A stretch of DNA of 64,000 nucleotides from Macrostomum lignano. Taxonomy: Eukaryota. A program made the position numbers and the translations under genes. The first letter of the stretch is position 1; the number at the start of each line of letters is the position of its first letter. The stretch is from positions 182,970 to 246,969 of the forward strand of contig NIVC01001277.1 in the NCBI GenBank assembly GCA_002269645.1, in the 5' to 3' direction. A model generated the notes under the pieces. That model did not search any database. It was given only the letters and a program-made list of their open reading frames with translations, and had not been told where the DNA came from. Shown here one piece after another: positions 1-15,391 of the stretch.

Positions 1-929
1 ATGATACTAATAGTGCATAGTAAGTAGTAATTGGCTAAGCTAACACTAACAGTAGTTATAAATGGTAGACAGTAACTAAAGGTAGTGAAGTTGCTAGCTG
101 AAGTTTAATTAAATAAATCAAATCTTGGCTTTTTAGTTTTGCATCTTTTTTACTAAGCAGCAAGATTATCCTAATATTATTTTCTTATTTTGTTATATAA
201 AAAGGGCTACAAAGGAAGAATAATAATATTTAATTATTATTGATATTAGCTACTAATATTGATTCTATCATTTATTAATATTTTATTTTTATGCTTATGC
301 TTATGGCCCCCAAATTATTATTATTAATTTATTCTAATCTAATATACTAACTACGATGATCTAATAATCGTTCCAACTGTCAATTAGGTAACAAAAACTT
401 TGCTCTTTGCATTTATACTATTGAAAACTATCTATACTTTCAAGTTAGTTAAAATGTAAATATAGGCCTATATATATGAATATCAGGCATATAGCTAAAA
501 TTCTTATCAAAGGGGACTTAATCCAAGAATGAAGAGGGTATGGGAATCCAAGAATAGGGGATCACATCAAATCTTATCAAAACCAAGCCTTAGGGGGGCT
601 AGTGACAGGGTCATCTATATTTATAGTCGATAACCTTTTTAGTACAGTGGATAGAGGCTTTTTAGTGGATTAGTGTACTAATAATAATACTGGTGCTAGT
701 GGTCGTGGATCGTAGTGGATTTTTAGTTTGAAGCTTCGCTGCGCATTATAAATTATTTCATAGAAAACGGAATTCTAACCCGTATTCTATAACACGGTAA
801 CATGTTACGGCTCGATAGACATCGGGAGTTTTTCATGTTATATTGCCGATGTTTATGGAAAACATAGGTGGAAATTGTTATCTTATTAATTCTCGTTAAT
901 TAATTAATTAATTAACTCTCGTTAGTTAA

Positions 930-2790
930 TAACATGCCGCTCTTCTGTGCCTATGCGCCCATGGCTGCGCGCCCAGAGGAGCACTGGCAGTTTCTGGAGT
1001 TCCTGTCAGCGCAGCTGGAGAAGATCGCTCAACTCGACACGTCGACACTGTACTGGTACTCGGAGACCTCAACGCCGTCATGCGAAGGTCCGAACGCGCC
1101 CGCTTTGTAACGCCACGCGAAAACAACAGTACTAAAAATTCCCTAGTGGATTTCATGGACCGCCACGACCTGGTCTCAGCAAACACGCTGTTCAGGAAGC
1201 CGCTTCACAGATTGGCAACATTTGCTGGCTGTAAGCGGCCACGTCGGAAAGCGTGCGGAAAATTTGCTAGGAAGAGACTCGCACAGCTCGACCGCAATGC
1301 TGCTTCACCAGCGATCGAGAACGATGACGAGTGACTAACTGCGATACGGTGGCCCCGTTGGCAGTGCGGTCAGGTCATAGGCTGCTCTACCTGCGACCTG
1401 TGCCTGAGGGACCCACTATATCGACCACCGAAAAAACAGCCAAAGCGCTACTTCCGAGCCCTACACGACCCAGTTACAAGTGGCCGCTTCTGTCTGGCAT
1501 TTGCCAAAGCGCTGGAAGAACGGCCAGATACAACAACCCCAGCCGAGTACCTGGACATCAGTGCCGCCATCCAAGCCGCCGCCACCAAAACTCTGCCGCT
1601 GGTGAAGCCAGCAGAAAGGAGTCGGCCAGTGTGGCAGAACGACGAAGTGCTGCAGCAGGCCCGGCTGACAGTGGAGAGACTGCGGAGGAGCGGACAGCCC
1701 TCGGAGAAGGAAAAGGAGACTCTAGCGGAGACATTTAAAGCCGGGCAACGCGCCGCTGTGGAGACCGCTATTTAGGAGATCACAGACGTCGTTCCCGCCA
1801 AGAAGCCGCATGCCGTCTGGTCGGTCGTCAATCAGCTGACAGGCCGCAAGAGATGCAACGCTCCGAACCTGGCGGGTGACACGCCCGAAGAGAGGCGAAA
1901 CGAGCTGCGGACCTTCTCTGGTATCGTCAACGCGCCCCCTCCGCCGCAAAGGGACGATATGTCATAGCCCACGGAGGTTGAGCTGCCAGGGGAGAGCTCC
2001 TTTAACATCAGCCCCATCACCATCGACGAGGTGCTCCAACTTGCAAAGAAGACGCCAGGCAACAAGGCTACTGGACCCGACGACATGCCTGAGGAGCTGC
2101 TGCGCCTCCCGCAGGTCGCGCTGGAAGTCACGCGAGTGATGAACTACGTGCTAGCTGGGGGCCCCGCCCCTGCTGAATGGCGGATCATCGGGATATCGTC
2201 GGGATCCCAAAGAAACCAGCTTCGATCCATCAAAATCGAAGAACATCGCGGCGCATGGGCGCTTGCCTGAGGCGCATTTCGCACTGTGCGGACTGTCCTG
2301 CAGTGCCCCGCGCTGCCGGATCGGCTGAGAAGGTGGCTGTTCCAGGCCGTCATACAAACCGTCCTCCTTTACAATTGCTGAAACGTGGACACTGACCGGC
2401 CCACAGAAGGGCAACTCGACGCCGCTCACACTGGACTCCTGAGAGCCGCCTCCTGAGAGTGTCCACTTACTCGCCGATCGCCACCACCAACACCAGCAAT
2501 GACGAGCTATACCGACGGGCCCAGCTCTCCCGACCCAGCCAGCTGCTGCACATTCGGCGCCTACAGCTGGTTGGCCACGTCATCCGGGCAGAGCAGTACT
2601 GCCCTGAGCCGCTTCGAGACGTGCTGCTGCTATCCCTTCAAGGGCCGCGGCGGCTTGGTCAGGCGAGAAATCAGCGTTTCGTCCACCTGCTTCTAAGAGA
2701 CGCTGAAATCTCTGACCCTCGCGGACTCACTGTTCTGCGCAAATCTACGCTTGCGCGTGCCTTTTGACAGCAACCCAACTTGGCTTACCC
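930..2790 (+). mobile_element. Degenerate non-LTR retrotransposon (RTE-like LINE), 5'-truncated, RT core internally deleted
   Basis: Frameshifted pieces read as an APE endonuclease (YAP, VLVLGDLNA, LVDFMDRHDLVSANTLF, AQLD, SGHRLL). Pre-RT motif KTPGNKATGPDDMPEELL...EWR...GIPKKP follows. The sequence then jumps to the post-RT region (LAWGAF-like, VLLYNxETWTL, SNDELYRRAQL...RRLQLVGHVIR) ending at 2767. No YADD motif is present. The clade assignment is an inference. Confidence 0.85.
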
Positions 2791-2814
2791 AGGGTTGCTG
2801 TAGTTTGTCGTTGT

Positions 2815-3112
2815 TGTAGTCGATATTTAGTCATTCAGTTTTTGATCTACAATAAAGCCAAAAAACGTATCTCAAAATTCGTACGCATAAATTTGGACAC
2901 TATGTGAGATTCCTAAATACTTTCTCGGATAATTGAAAAAAATCAAAAATAAAATTACATGAACAATCAAAATCAATAATCTACGAGCCGTATATATTTG
3001 CAATGTACATCAGTCGATGTACATCAAGATTATTTGCACATGAATACCTCCACCCCTATAACAACCACACAACAACGAAAACATTCACGTCTCTTACATC
3101 CCTTCCTTCCCT
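2815..3112 (-). mobile_element. Polypurine tract (3112-3099) followed by the start of the 3' LTR (TGTAAG at 3098); distal end uncertain
   Basis: The minus strand reads AGGGAAGGAAGGGA|TGTAAGAGACG about 90 nt after the integrase stop. Candidate LTR ends (CTACA) lie at 2815 or 2799. Confidence 0.65.
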
Positions 3113-3191
3113 AAATTGAGGATCATAAAAAAATATGAAAAGAGGCAGTAAAACCACGAGAATTAAAAACTAGCAAAAATGAATCAGTAAA

Positions 3192-6100
3192 TTAGTTTTG
3201 CGCAGCATGAAAATCAGGCGGTCCTCGAGTCCTTGCAGAACGCCGAGGGCCGACTGCGGTCGGCTCATCCAGCAAGTCCGTCCAGGTCTGCCGCGGATCG
3301 ACAGCCGGTCTGGGCGGTCGGCCGGCCTCTGCAACGGGCGGAGTCGGGGCGGACTGCCAGGAAGCGGGCTGCGGCCGCCTGCGCACGAACAGCTTGAGCC
3401 GGTCGTGATGCACCACCGTGCTTCGTCTCCGGCCGGCGGGTTTTGAGATCCGGTAGGTGACGTGGCTCAGCCTCTCGAGCACGCGGTACAGTCCCAGCCA
3501 CCGCCGACGGAGAGCCTTGTACTGGACCTTCAGCACCGCCGGGTTGCTGAGCATCACCAGCTGCCCGACTTGGATCGGCGTGAAGTGCTGGCGCTTGTCG
3601 TACTGCTGCTTCCGTGACCGCTGTGTCGACTGCAGGCGCTGCCGCACGAGCTGCAAGCCGGTGCGAGCGTCTGCCAGCGTGTCCGTGACGAGCCTCCTTT
3701 CGCCGCCTGCAGGTAAACTGAGCTCTGCCGGGATCCTGGGGTCACATCCCTGAAGCACTGCGTAGGGCGACCTCTTGGTGGTGCAGTGCGCTGAAGAGTT
3801 GTACGCCCAGATGACGTACGGCAGGAAGTCCGCCCATTTGTTCTGCTGTTCCATGCAGTACGCCGCCAGCATGTCCCTAATGTTCGGTTGAACCGCTCGA
3901 CTTCAGGGTTGTTGCTGGGATGGATGGAAGGGCGTCGTTCTTGTCTTGCGAATATCCAGCAGGTGGCACAGCTCTTGGAAGATGTCACTTTCAAACTGAC
4001 GACCCTGATCGGAGTGGATGACTTCGGGCGCTCCATGGCGTAGAACGAAACTGCTTAACATCGCATCCGCAACCGTCCGGGCCTCAATGTTGGACACCGC
4101 GGTCGCCTCAACCCACTTGGAGAACACGTCCGTGAAGCAGATGATGTACCTGAGGCCGGTTTCAGTCTCTGGGAGGGGCCCTTTGATGTCTACCTGCACC
4201 ATCTCCCGAGGAGCTGATGGCACGGTGTTGTTCTGCAGCGGGGCCCTCTGGTGCTGATGCGGTACCTTGCGACGCTGACACACTTCGCAGCTGCTCACCC
4301 AGTGCTGGACTTCGTCCCTTAGGCCGGGCCACCAAGCTCTGCTGACGACTCTGGCCAGCGTCCTTTCGGTTCCGAGGTGCCCGCTTGCAGGATCGTCGTG
4401 CAGCAGCTGCAGCAGGTCCTGACGAAGCTGCCGCGGGATGACGGGTTGGCCACTCTTCTTGATGACGCCATCTTCGCCCAGGTTCAGCTTCTTCGTCCTC
4501 ACCAGGTGTTCTGCGTCATCTGCAGCCTTGCCACGTCTAGGCTTTTGTCCGAGGAGCACTTGGCGAGCCGCCGCAAGCACTGGGTCGTCAGCCTGCGCTA
4601 CACGGATGTCGTTGTCCGACCAGGCAGGGTGCAGCTGGGTCGCCGCTGCCACGTTTTCGCGACCAGGTCTGAAGAGCAGCTTGAAGTTGATCTCCTGCAG
4701 AAACGCAATCCATCTGGCTAGCCGGCTCCTTGGTGTTGAGCAGTCCTTGCAACGGCTTGTGGTCGGTGAAGACGAGAATTTCGCCAGCGGACGCCAAGTA
4801 GTTCCGGAAATTCTTCATCGCCCAGACCACCGCAAGAAGCTCTCTGTGGGTAGTCGAATAATTGCGCTCCGCTTTGTTCAGGATTCTCGACGCGTAGGCT
4901 ACTGGACACTCGGCACCTTCGTGGAGTTGGCTCAGGACGCCGGCGACGGCCACTCCGCTGCTGTCACAGCACAACCGGAATCCCTTGGAGAAGTCAGGCA
5001 GCTTCAGTACGGGTGGTGCCGACAGAGCTGACTTCAGCTTCCGCAGAGCGTCATCGCACTGAGTTGTCCATTGAAACTGTCGACTCTTCTGAGTCGCCTG
5101 ATGAAGCGGATTAGCGATGCTGGCGAAGTGCGGAATGAAACGCCGGTAGAAGCCCAGCATGCCGACAAGCCGGCGAACATCCTCAGCGCATTCGGGTATC
5201 GGGATGGACTGGATAGCGCAGACCTTGTCCTGAGTTGGTCGAATGCCATCTGCCGAGATTTTGTGTCCTAGGTACTCAACCTCCTGGAAGCAGAAGCAGC
5301 TCTTGCGCTTGTTCAATTTGAGGCCAGCAGACTGCAGTCTTCCCAGGACCTGTTCCAATGTTTCCGCGTGCTTCTCGAAGGTCTGACTAAACAGAATCAG
5401 ATCGTCCATGTACGTGAACACCTCCGTCCAGTTCAGGCCGGCCATCGTTAGGTCAATCAGGCGCTGAAAGGTTGCCGGGGCGTTGCAGAGGCCGAACCCG
5501 AGTTTTCTGTACTGCATCAGGCCCTGCGTGGTGTAGAAAGCGGTCTTCTCCCGGTCTTGCTCTCGCAGCTCAACCTGCAGGAACCCTTGGCGGAGGTCAA
5601 GAGTGCTGAACCAACTTCTCCTGTTCTTGCTCTTGCAGCTCAACCTGCAGGAACCCTTGGCGGAGGTCAAGAGTGCTGAACCAACTTCTCCTGTTCTTGC
5701 TCTTGCAGCTCAACCTGCAGGAACCCTTGGCGGAGGTCAAGAGTGCTGAACCAACTGTTCCAGTGAGCGCGTCCAGCGCAGCAGACAGCGGAGGCAGCGG
5801 GTAGGCGTCCTTCACGGTGCACGAGTTGAGGGCTCTCCAGTCGGTGCAGATTCGAATCTCGTTGTTTTTCTTTCGCACCACAAGCAGATTACTCGCCCAT
5901 GGACTGCAGGACGGCTCGATAATCCCGTGACGCCGCATCTTGCTGATTTTTTGGTCCACTTGCTGCCGGTAATTCAGGGGAACGGTCCGCTGCCTGTGCT
6001 TGATGGGGCGACTGTCGGGTTCCAGATTAATCTCTTGTTGCAGCAGGTGTGTTGTTCCCAGGTCAAACTCGTGCCTGGCGAAGGCCTGCTCTGCCTGGCA

Positions 6101-6790
6101 CAGCAAGGCTTCGATGCGCTCGCGCTGCGACTCGCTCAGCTCCGGGTTGATGTTAAAGCCAGCTTCCTCTTCAGCAGGTTCACCGTCTGCTCCGTTTACT
6201 TCTGCAGCGTCCAAGTTGCCGATTGCCTGGTTCTGGTAGAGCACCACCGGGTCGGCACTCACGTTGCAGACGCCCACTGGGAGATTTCCGTCTACGCTGG
6301 AGACCACCAGAGCCCTGTTTGGCAGCAGGCCAGTCTTGTCAATAAGATCTGAGCTGGGCTCGAATAGACCCTGCTCGACAGACGATGGCACTTTGACTGG
6401 GATGATGACGCGGCTGAGGGCTGGAATGGACACGGTGCTGGCAACTCTGGCTATCGCGGCGGTGGGGACCACTCGGCAAGCCTGCGAGGAGCTCCTGTCC
6501 GGCAAGATCGAGATCCTGGTTGACCTCAGCTGAACAGAAGACGCCGGGAGATTGGCGCTAAAACTTGAGCACATTTTCCCGATGGCGTCCATACCGAGCA
6601 CGCATTCCGGCTGAATCGCGGTAACCACCATTAGCTCGTACCTGGTGCTCCACGGATGGCAGTCCCTCTAGCTGTATCGCTAGCGTTGCACTCGCCGGAG
6701 ACTCCAAGCGTGGACCATCGATTCCGACCGGAGTTTGGGCCTTGCTAGGCAGGGCTGGTGATGGCTCGTGCTCACCAGTCCTCAGAAGTT
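3192..6790 (-). pseudogene. pol: pol of the gypsy element (PR-RT-RNaseH-INT), broken by frameshifts
   Basis: ORF pieces 5597-6631, 4588-5670, 3903-4652 and 3192-3872 join through frameshifts near 6635, 5760-5565, 4720 and 3900. Confidence 0.92.
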
Positions 6791-7616
6791 TTCCAAAGCC
6801 GGGGTCGGGCAGACCTCGGCCCGGTGTCCTCTACCTGAGCAGCGGCTGCACACAGACGGCAGCGCGACTTGCTTGCCTGGACACTGAGCAGCGAAATGAC
6901 CAGGCTGAGCGCAGTTGAAGCATTTTTCACGGGTGCTGCCTCTTCCACGAGCTGCATTCCTTCTCCCACCGCGCTGTCCTCCGCGGCTGCCAATGGTGGC
7001 GACTGTCGCAGCCAGATCCGTCAACTGCTCTTGCATTTTCTCAAGCCGGTCTGTCACTTGGCTGCACACCGATGTCACTGCGACGCTTGCCGGGCCTCCT
7101 TTGCTGCCGATGCTTTCCAGTGCTGTGGCGCGGTCTGCCAGCTGTTCAGGACTGCTGCTGTCATAATCCGAAGCTTTCAACAGAGCCTCACGAATCTCTG
7201 TCGGCAGCAGAGCTATCAGTCGGTGTCGCACTTCGCAATCTCTCACCGTTTGAGCGTGCTCCGGGCGTGCCTTTCGATGCAGAAGCTTGAGTGCATAGCA
7301 CAGCTCCCTCAGCGACTCTCCTTGGCGTCGCTTCCGGTTCTCGAACTCAGACATGGCGCGAAATGTGTTATCCTTGCCTCTGTAGAACTTGACGATTTCG
7401 TCCTTTAAGATCTTGTAGCTGCTCTATTTGGCCGCTGGCAGGTCCCAGACGAACACGAGGGCTTCACCTGACAGAAGCAGCTTGTTGATCTTGGATGCCA
7501 TCTTGGTGTCGTTCCACTCAGAATCTGCTGCGAAGTCCTCGAACATCTGCAGCCACATGTTCATATCTTTTTCGTCTGAGCCAGAAAACTTTCCCGATGA
7601 AAACGTGACTGTGGCC
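6782..7616 (-). pseudogene. gag: gag of the gypsy element, with an in-frame TAG at 7426-7424
   Basis: Reads ATVTFSSGKFSGSDEKDMNMWLQMFEDF...VWDLPAAK*SSYKILKDEIVKFY...MSEFENRK...CFNCAQPGHFAAQC...CSRCSGRGHRAEVC. The expected start appears as TAG GCC rather than ATG GCC. Confidence 0.85.
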
Positions 7617-8105
7617 TAGAATCGTAAATGAAGCGTTAGCGTCGTATTTGAATCGCTTTTGAAGCGTTTTGGAGTGCACTGGGGGACTGGAGGGAAAGTA
7701 ATTCTGTGTGATTCAAAACCGACGAGATGTCACGGTGCACGTCGTAAAAGACGCGTGTTTGAAGCGTTTCTGAATCACTTTGAAGCGTTTTGTGGAAACG
7801 CGTCAAAAACGATTCAGGTGACGCGTTTTAGCGGCGTTTCTGAATCGTTTTTGACTCGCACTTGAATCGTTTGATTAGGGCTATCGCTGAAGCGTATCTG
7901 ACGCGTTGTTGACGCGCTTTTGACTCGGAGTTGCAATTTGAGTAAGTTTTTAATATTTGAAGCATTTCCGGTTCCCTTTTACTTCGTGTAGTCCTTATAG
8001 TACCATACTTTGTAGGAAAGGAATTGCTACAAGAACTGTGCACACGTGGAGTCGTTTAATCCGAGAAATCAAATTTATCAGTACGTGTCCCGCTATCCAT
8101 TAAAG

Positions 8106-8519
8106 TGTAAGCCTGAATCGAAATACACTAGCTATCAGCTCACTACTGGGACCTGAGGGCTCGTCTCGTATTCGGCGCCAGAGCTTGGTTGAGCAGCCGG
8201 TCTTGTTCCGTCCTCAGGGGCTCCGCTGCAACTGCAGAACCTGTGAGAGGAGAGATTGACAGGAAGCAGCAGACAGGGCGTGCGATGCGATAACGGATGG
8301 ATCAATGTATTCTAGATAGTGCCATAGTAACGAAATAAGAAATAAATTAGGCATGCTTACGGCTCAGGCGAGAAGCTGGGTCAGAGCCCTTGCGCAGCAT
8401 CCCAGCCACAGACGAGCTTTCGGTGTGAAAAAAACGATGTGGCAGTTAGCTAGGTGCTCTTTGAAGAGGATAATAAAAAGCAAAGGCACCACGCACTCCA
8501 GGTAGTTGGTGTACTTACA
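8106..8519. mobile_element. LTR-like segment bounded by TGTAAG...CTTACA
   Basis: 6-bp terminal inverted repeat, 414 bp long, upstream of gag. It shows no visible identity with the 3' LTR beyond TGTAAG, and no clear PBS or TSD. Confidence 0.35.
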
Positions 8520-8817
8520 GTCCCTTTAATGAGCTCGAACTTCACAATTAGCCATGAACATTCAATTCTTGAAGTTTTAAGCTAAAGAATGTTCGATCTC
8601 GTGCCTGCTTGCTTTCGATGCCTTTCGGTTTCTATTCCAGTAACCGGAGACGGAGCAGGAGAAGAGTTTTCTTTCTAGCTCGTATGGGCATTGGAGCAAA
8701 TTTGTCATCAAAAGCACATTTGTCACTACTATTGCAACTTCGCTATTTAGCCTGTGTGTCATCTATCATCAAGTGTTAGTCATTTTATCATATCTCGATA
8801 GCTATAGCATAGTAGGA

Positions 8818-9114
<297 letters not shown>

Positions 9115-9215
9115 TCGTAGAGATTTAGTAATTGTAATGATTGCAACTTATCATGTCGCAATGAAAATGAAAAAATCAATTTCGGGAACTGGATATTATT
9201 TATAAATGTTGTATT

Positions 9216-9221
9216 TTTATT
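9216..9221 (-). terminator. Candidate AATAAA polyadenylation signal for FoxC
   Basis: TTTATT on the plus strand about 510 nt past the FoxC stop, followed on the minus strand by T-rich sequence. Confidence 0.35.
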
Positions 9222-9730
9222 TTTGTTTGATTAACAATTCAGCTGAGATAAACTAAGAGGTGATTAACAGCCATAGGGACAGGCAGTGAAACGTGTGCTT
9301 TTTGTAGTCGACGGCTAAGTGTAGAAATTTACAACAAACTCCGGTGCGACTCTACTAGAAGAGGCTGGAGTACACGTGTGTCCTGTACAATATTCTTAGC
9401 GAGAGAACTATACTATTAAACGTAGTTTTTCTAAAAGCAGTGTTAAGGGTACAAAGGCAATCATCAGAAAGAAGTTTTTTTGTTTTAACATTAATATTAA
9501 TAGCAAAGTTAGCAGTAGGAACTACTGACAGTAGCTAGACGCTAAGTAAATATTAAAGAAATGAAAAATAAAGCCGGAAAAAGTAAACTGGTTAAACAAA
9601 ACAGTGATTTAGCATGAGATCGAAGGGTCATTTCAAAATCGCAACAGATAGCCAATCAAATTGCTATTAGCTTTATGCTGTGCAGTACAGTTACTCCAAG
9701 GCAAAGTTTACGGTAACACACGGTAGCAGA

Positions 9731-14017
<4,287 letters not shown>

Positions 14018-14508
14018 ACTGCTGTCTCTCACTGCAGGTGACAGACGGGCAAGCAGAACTGACAAAGTGCAGAAAATGCAAACAATGAGTGCTAATAATA
14101 ATAGAGCCAACCCTGACGCTCTATCAACAAATCAGTGCTGCTGGGAACAACTTCGCCTATGCAGATCTCGGATTCAGTGCGAATGGGTTGGTGTCTGGTC
14201 AAAAATTAGACAAACAGGGGGCGTGTCTGGTGGGACTCCGCGCCTGCCAGCTACAGAAGGTTCTGCGGAAGTTTTCTTAACAAACAGCCAGATGAAGGGG
14301 TTGCGAACTGTGTTTGTATGCTCTGATGCTTTGCAGCCCTCGAATCTCTCACTCTCTCACCTTGGCTTTGCTTTCGTTTAAGGCAAGTCAAAATAATCGA
14401 GGAGGAACGAGAGAGGCAGCTGGAGCCGCCCCCGCTCCTCCATTCCTAGAAACCCAAGGGGCTGCCGGCCGCCGCCCCACCTCCTTAGCGGTTGCTGCAG
14501 CCCGCCAG

Positions 14509-14561
14509 CCAATGAGAGCTCTCCGCTGCGATTCTTTAAACCGGCCATCGACCGAACCAAT
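14509..14561. promoter_or_regulatory. Paired CCAAT boxes (14509, 14557) with GC boxes nearby, possible FoxC promoter
   Basis: Two CCAAT motifs 48 bp apart, plus CCGCCCC at about 14428 and 14472, roughly 500 bp upstream of the ATG. Motif evidence only. Confidence 0.3.
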
Positions 14562-14702
14562 GGCGAGGCTCCCTGTGAGGCGGCCTTCATCAACTGCCGG
14601 CGAATTTTTCCCAAACAGCTGCCCTGCTGTATTATTGACGAGAGCTCGATATCTCCGGTGTGTTGAGAAAGCATAGTCACTGTTCAGGTGCTAAAACTTC
14701 TT

Positions 14703-14851
14703 TGATGATGTTGGCTAGATTAGCAATCCATTCTATTCTTCAATTATGATGTTGGCTGGATTAGCAATCCATTCTATTCCTTCATCAGTGATTTTGGCTA
14801 GATTAGCAATCCATTCTATTCCTTCATTAGTGATGGGTAGATTAGCAATCC
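14703..14851 (+). repeat. About 3.5 copies of the 41-42 bp unit found in the transportin introns
   Basis: GATGTTGGCTAGATTAGCAATCCATTCTATTCCTT core identical to the arrays at 36.5 kb and 40.4 kb. Confidence 0.95.
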
Positions 14852-15391
14852 TTCCAATACACTCGAATCATTAAAATTTTAATGATTTAGTTTTAGAAAA
14901 AAGTCTATTTCATAATTCCAACAAGCCTCTTTCTCTACTAAAATGCTTCTTAAAAAGCAAGCCATTGGGAACACGACTCGCTCATGAAGATTAAGTGCCC
15001 AAGTGGCTGTGAAGACGCGCTAATCCTCTCTGTAAACATCGCACCTGCTTGGTTGAAGAGCCGAGGATGTTGGCTCAAAAGATTGTGCTCAGTGGAGCGG
15101 GTAGCATATGGTGATATAATGGAGTTGAACAATTTGACTTTGAGTAGCTTCCAATACTCGTATATACGGTGGATGGCGCAATGAACCGATTGAAATGACA
15201 CCCGGCCACGGCGGAGCGGCTGACAGGTCCATGCCAACAATTCGATTAAAATTGAAGTCACGGGCTTGTGGACGCCAATTATAGTGACTTATCTATGTAG
15301 GCCCTTGAGGGAGATTTGAGATTGTGCGCTAGGTTTTCCTATTTGTGATTTGACAATTGATTTTGCCTTCTTGATGAACTCTTATAACTCT

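Larger units (their letters stand above)
3099..7620 (-). mobile_element. Ty3/gypsy LTR retrotransposon, internal region (gag-PR-RT-RH-INT order), decayed
   Basis: Gag has two CCHC knuckles. RT motifs: SPWASNLLVVRKK, WFSTLDLRQGF, YMDDL. RNase H motifs: CDSS, ELLAVV, TDHKPL. Integrase has an HHCC finger plus D,D-35-E (VDIKGP, HSDQG, EVERFN) downstream of RH, which is the gypsy order. Several frameshifts and a stop in gag. Confidence 0.96.

Noticed and set aside
8164-8181. TGGCGCCGAATACGAGAC on the minus strand as a tRNA-Lys-like PBS
   Set aside because: Imperfect match, not directly preceded by an LTR-ending CA, and it lies inside the TG...CA-bounded segment.
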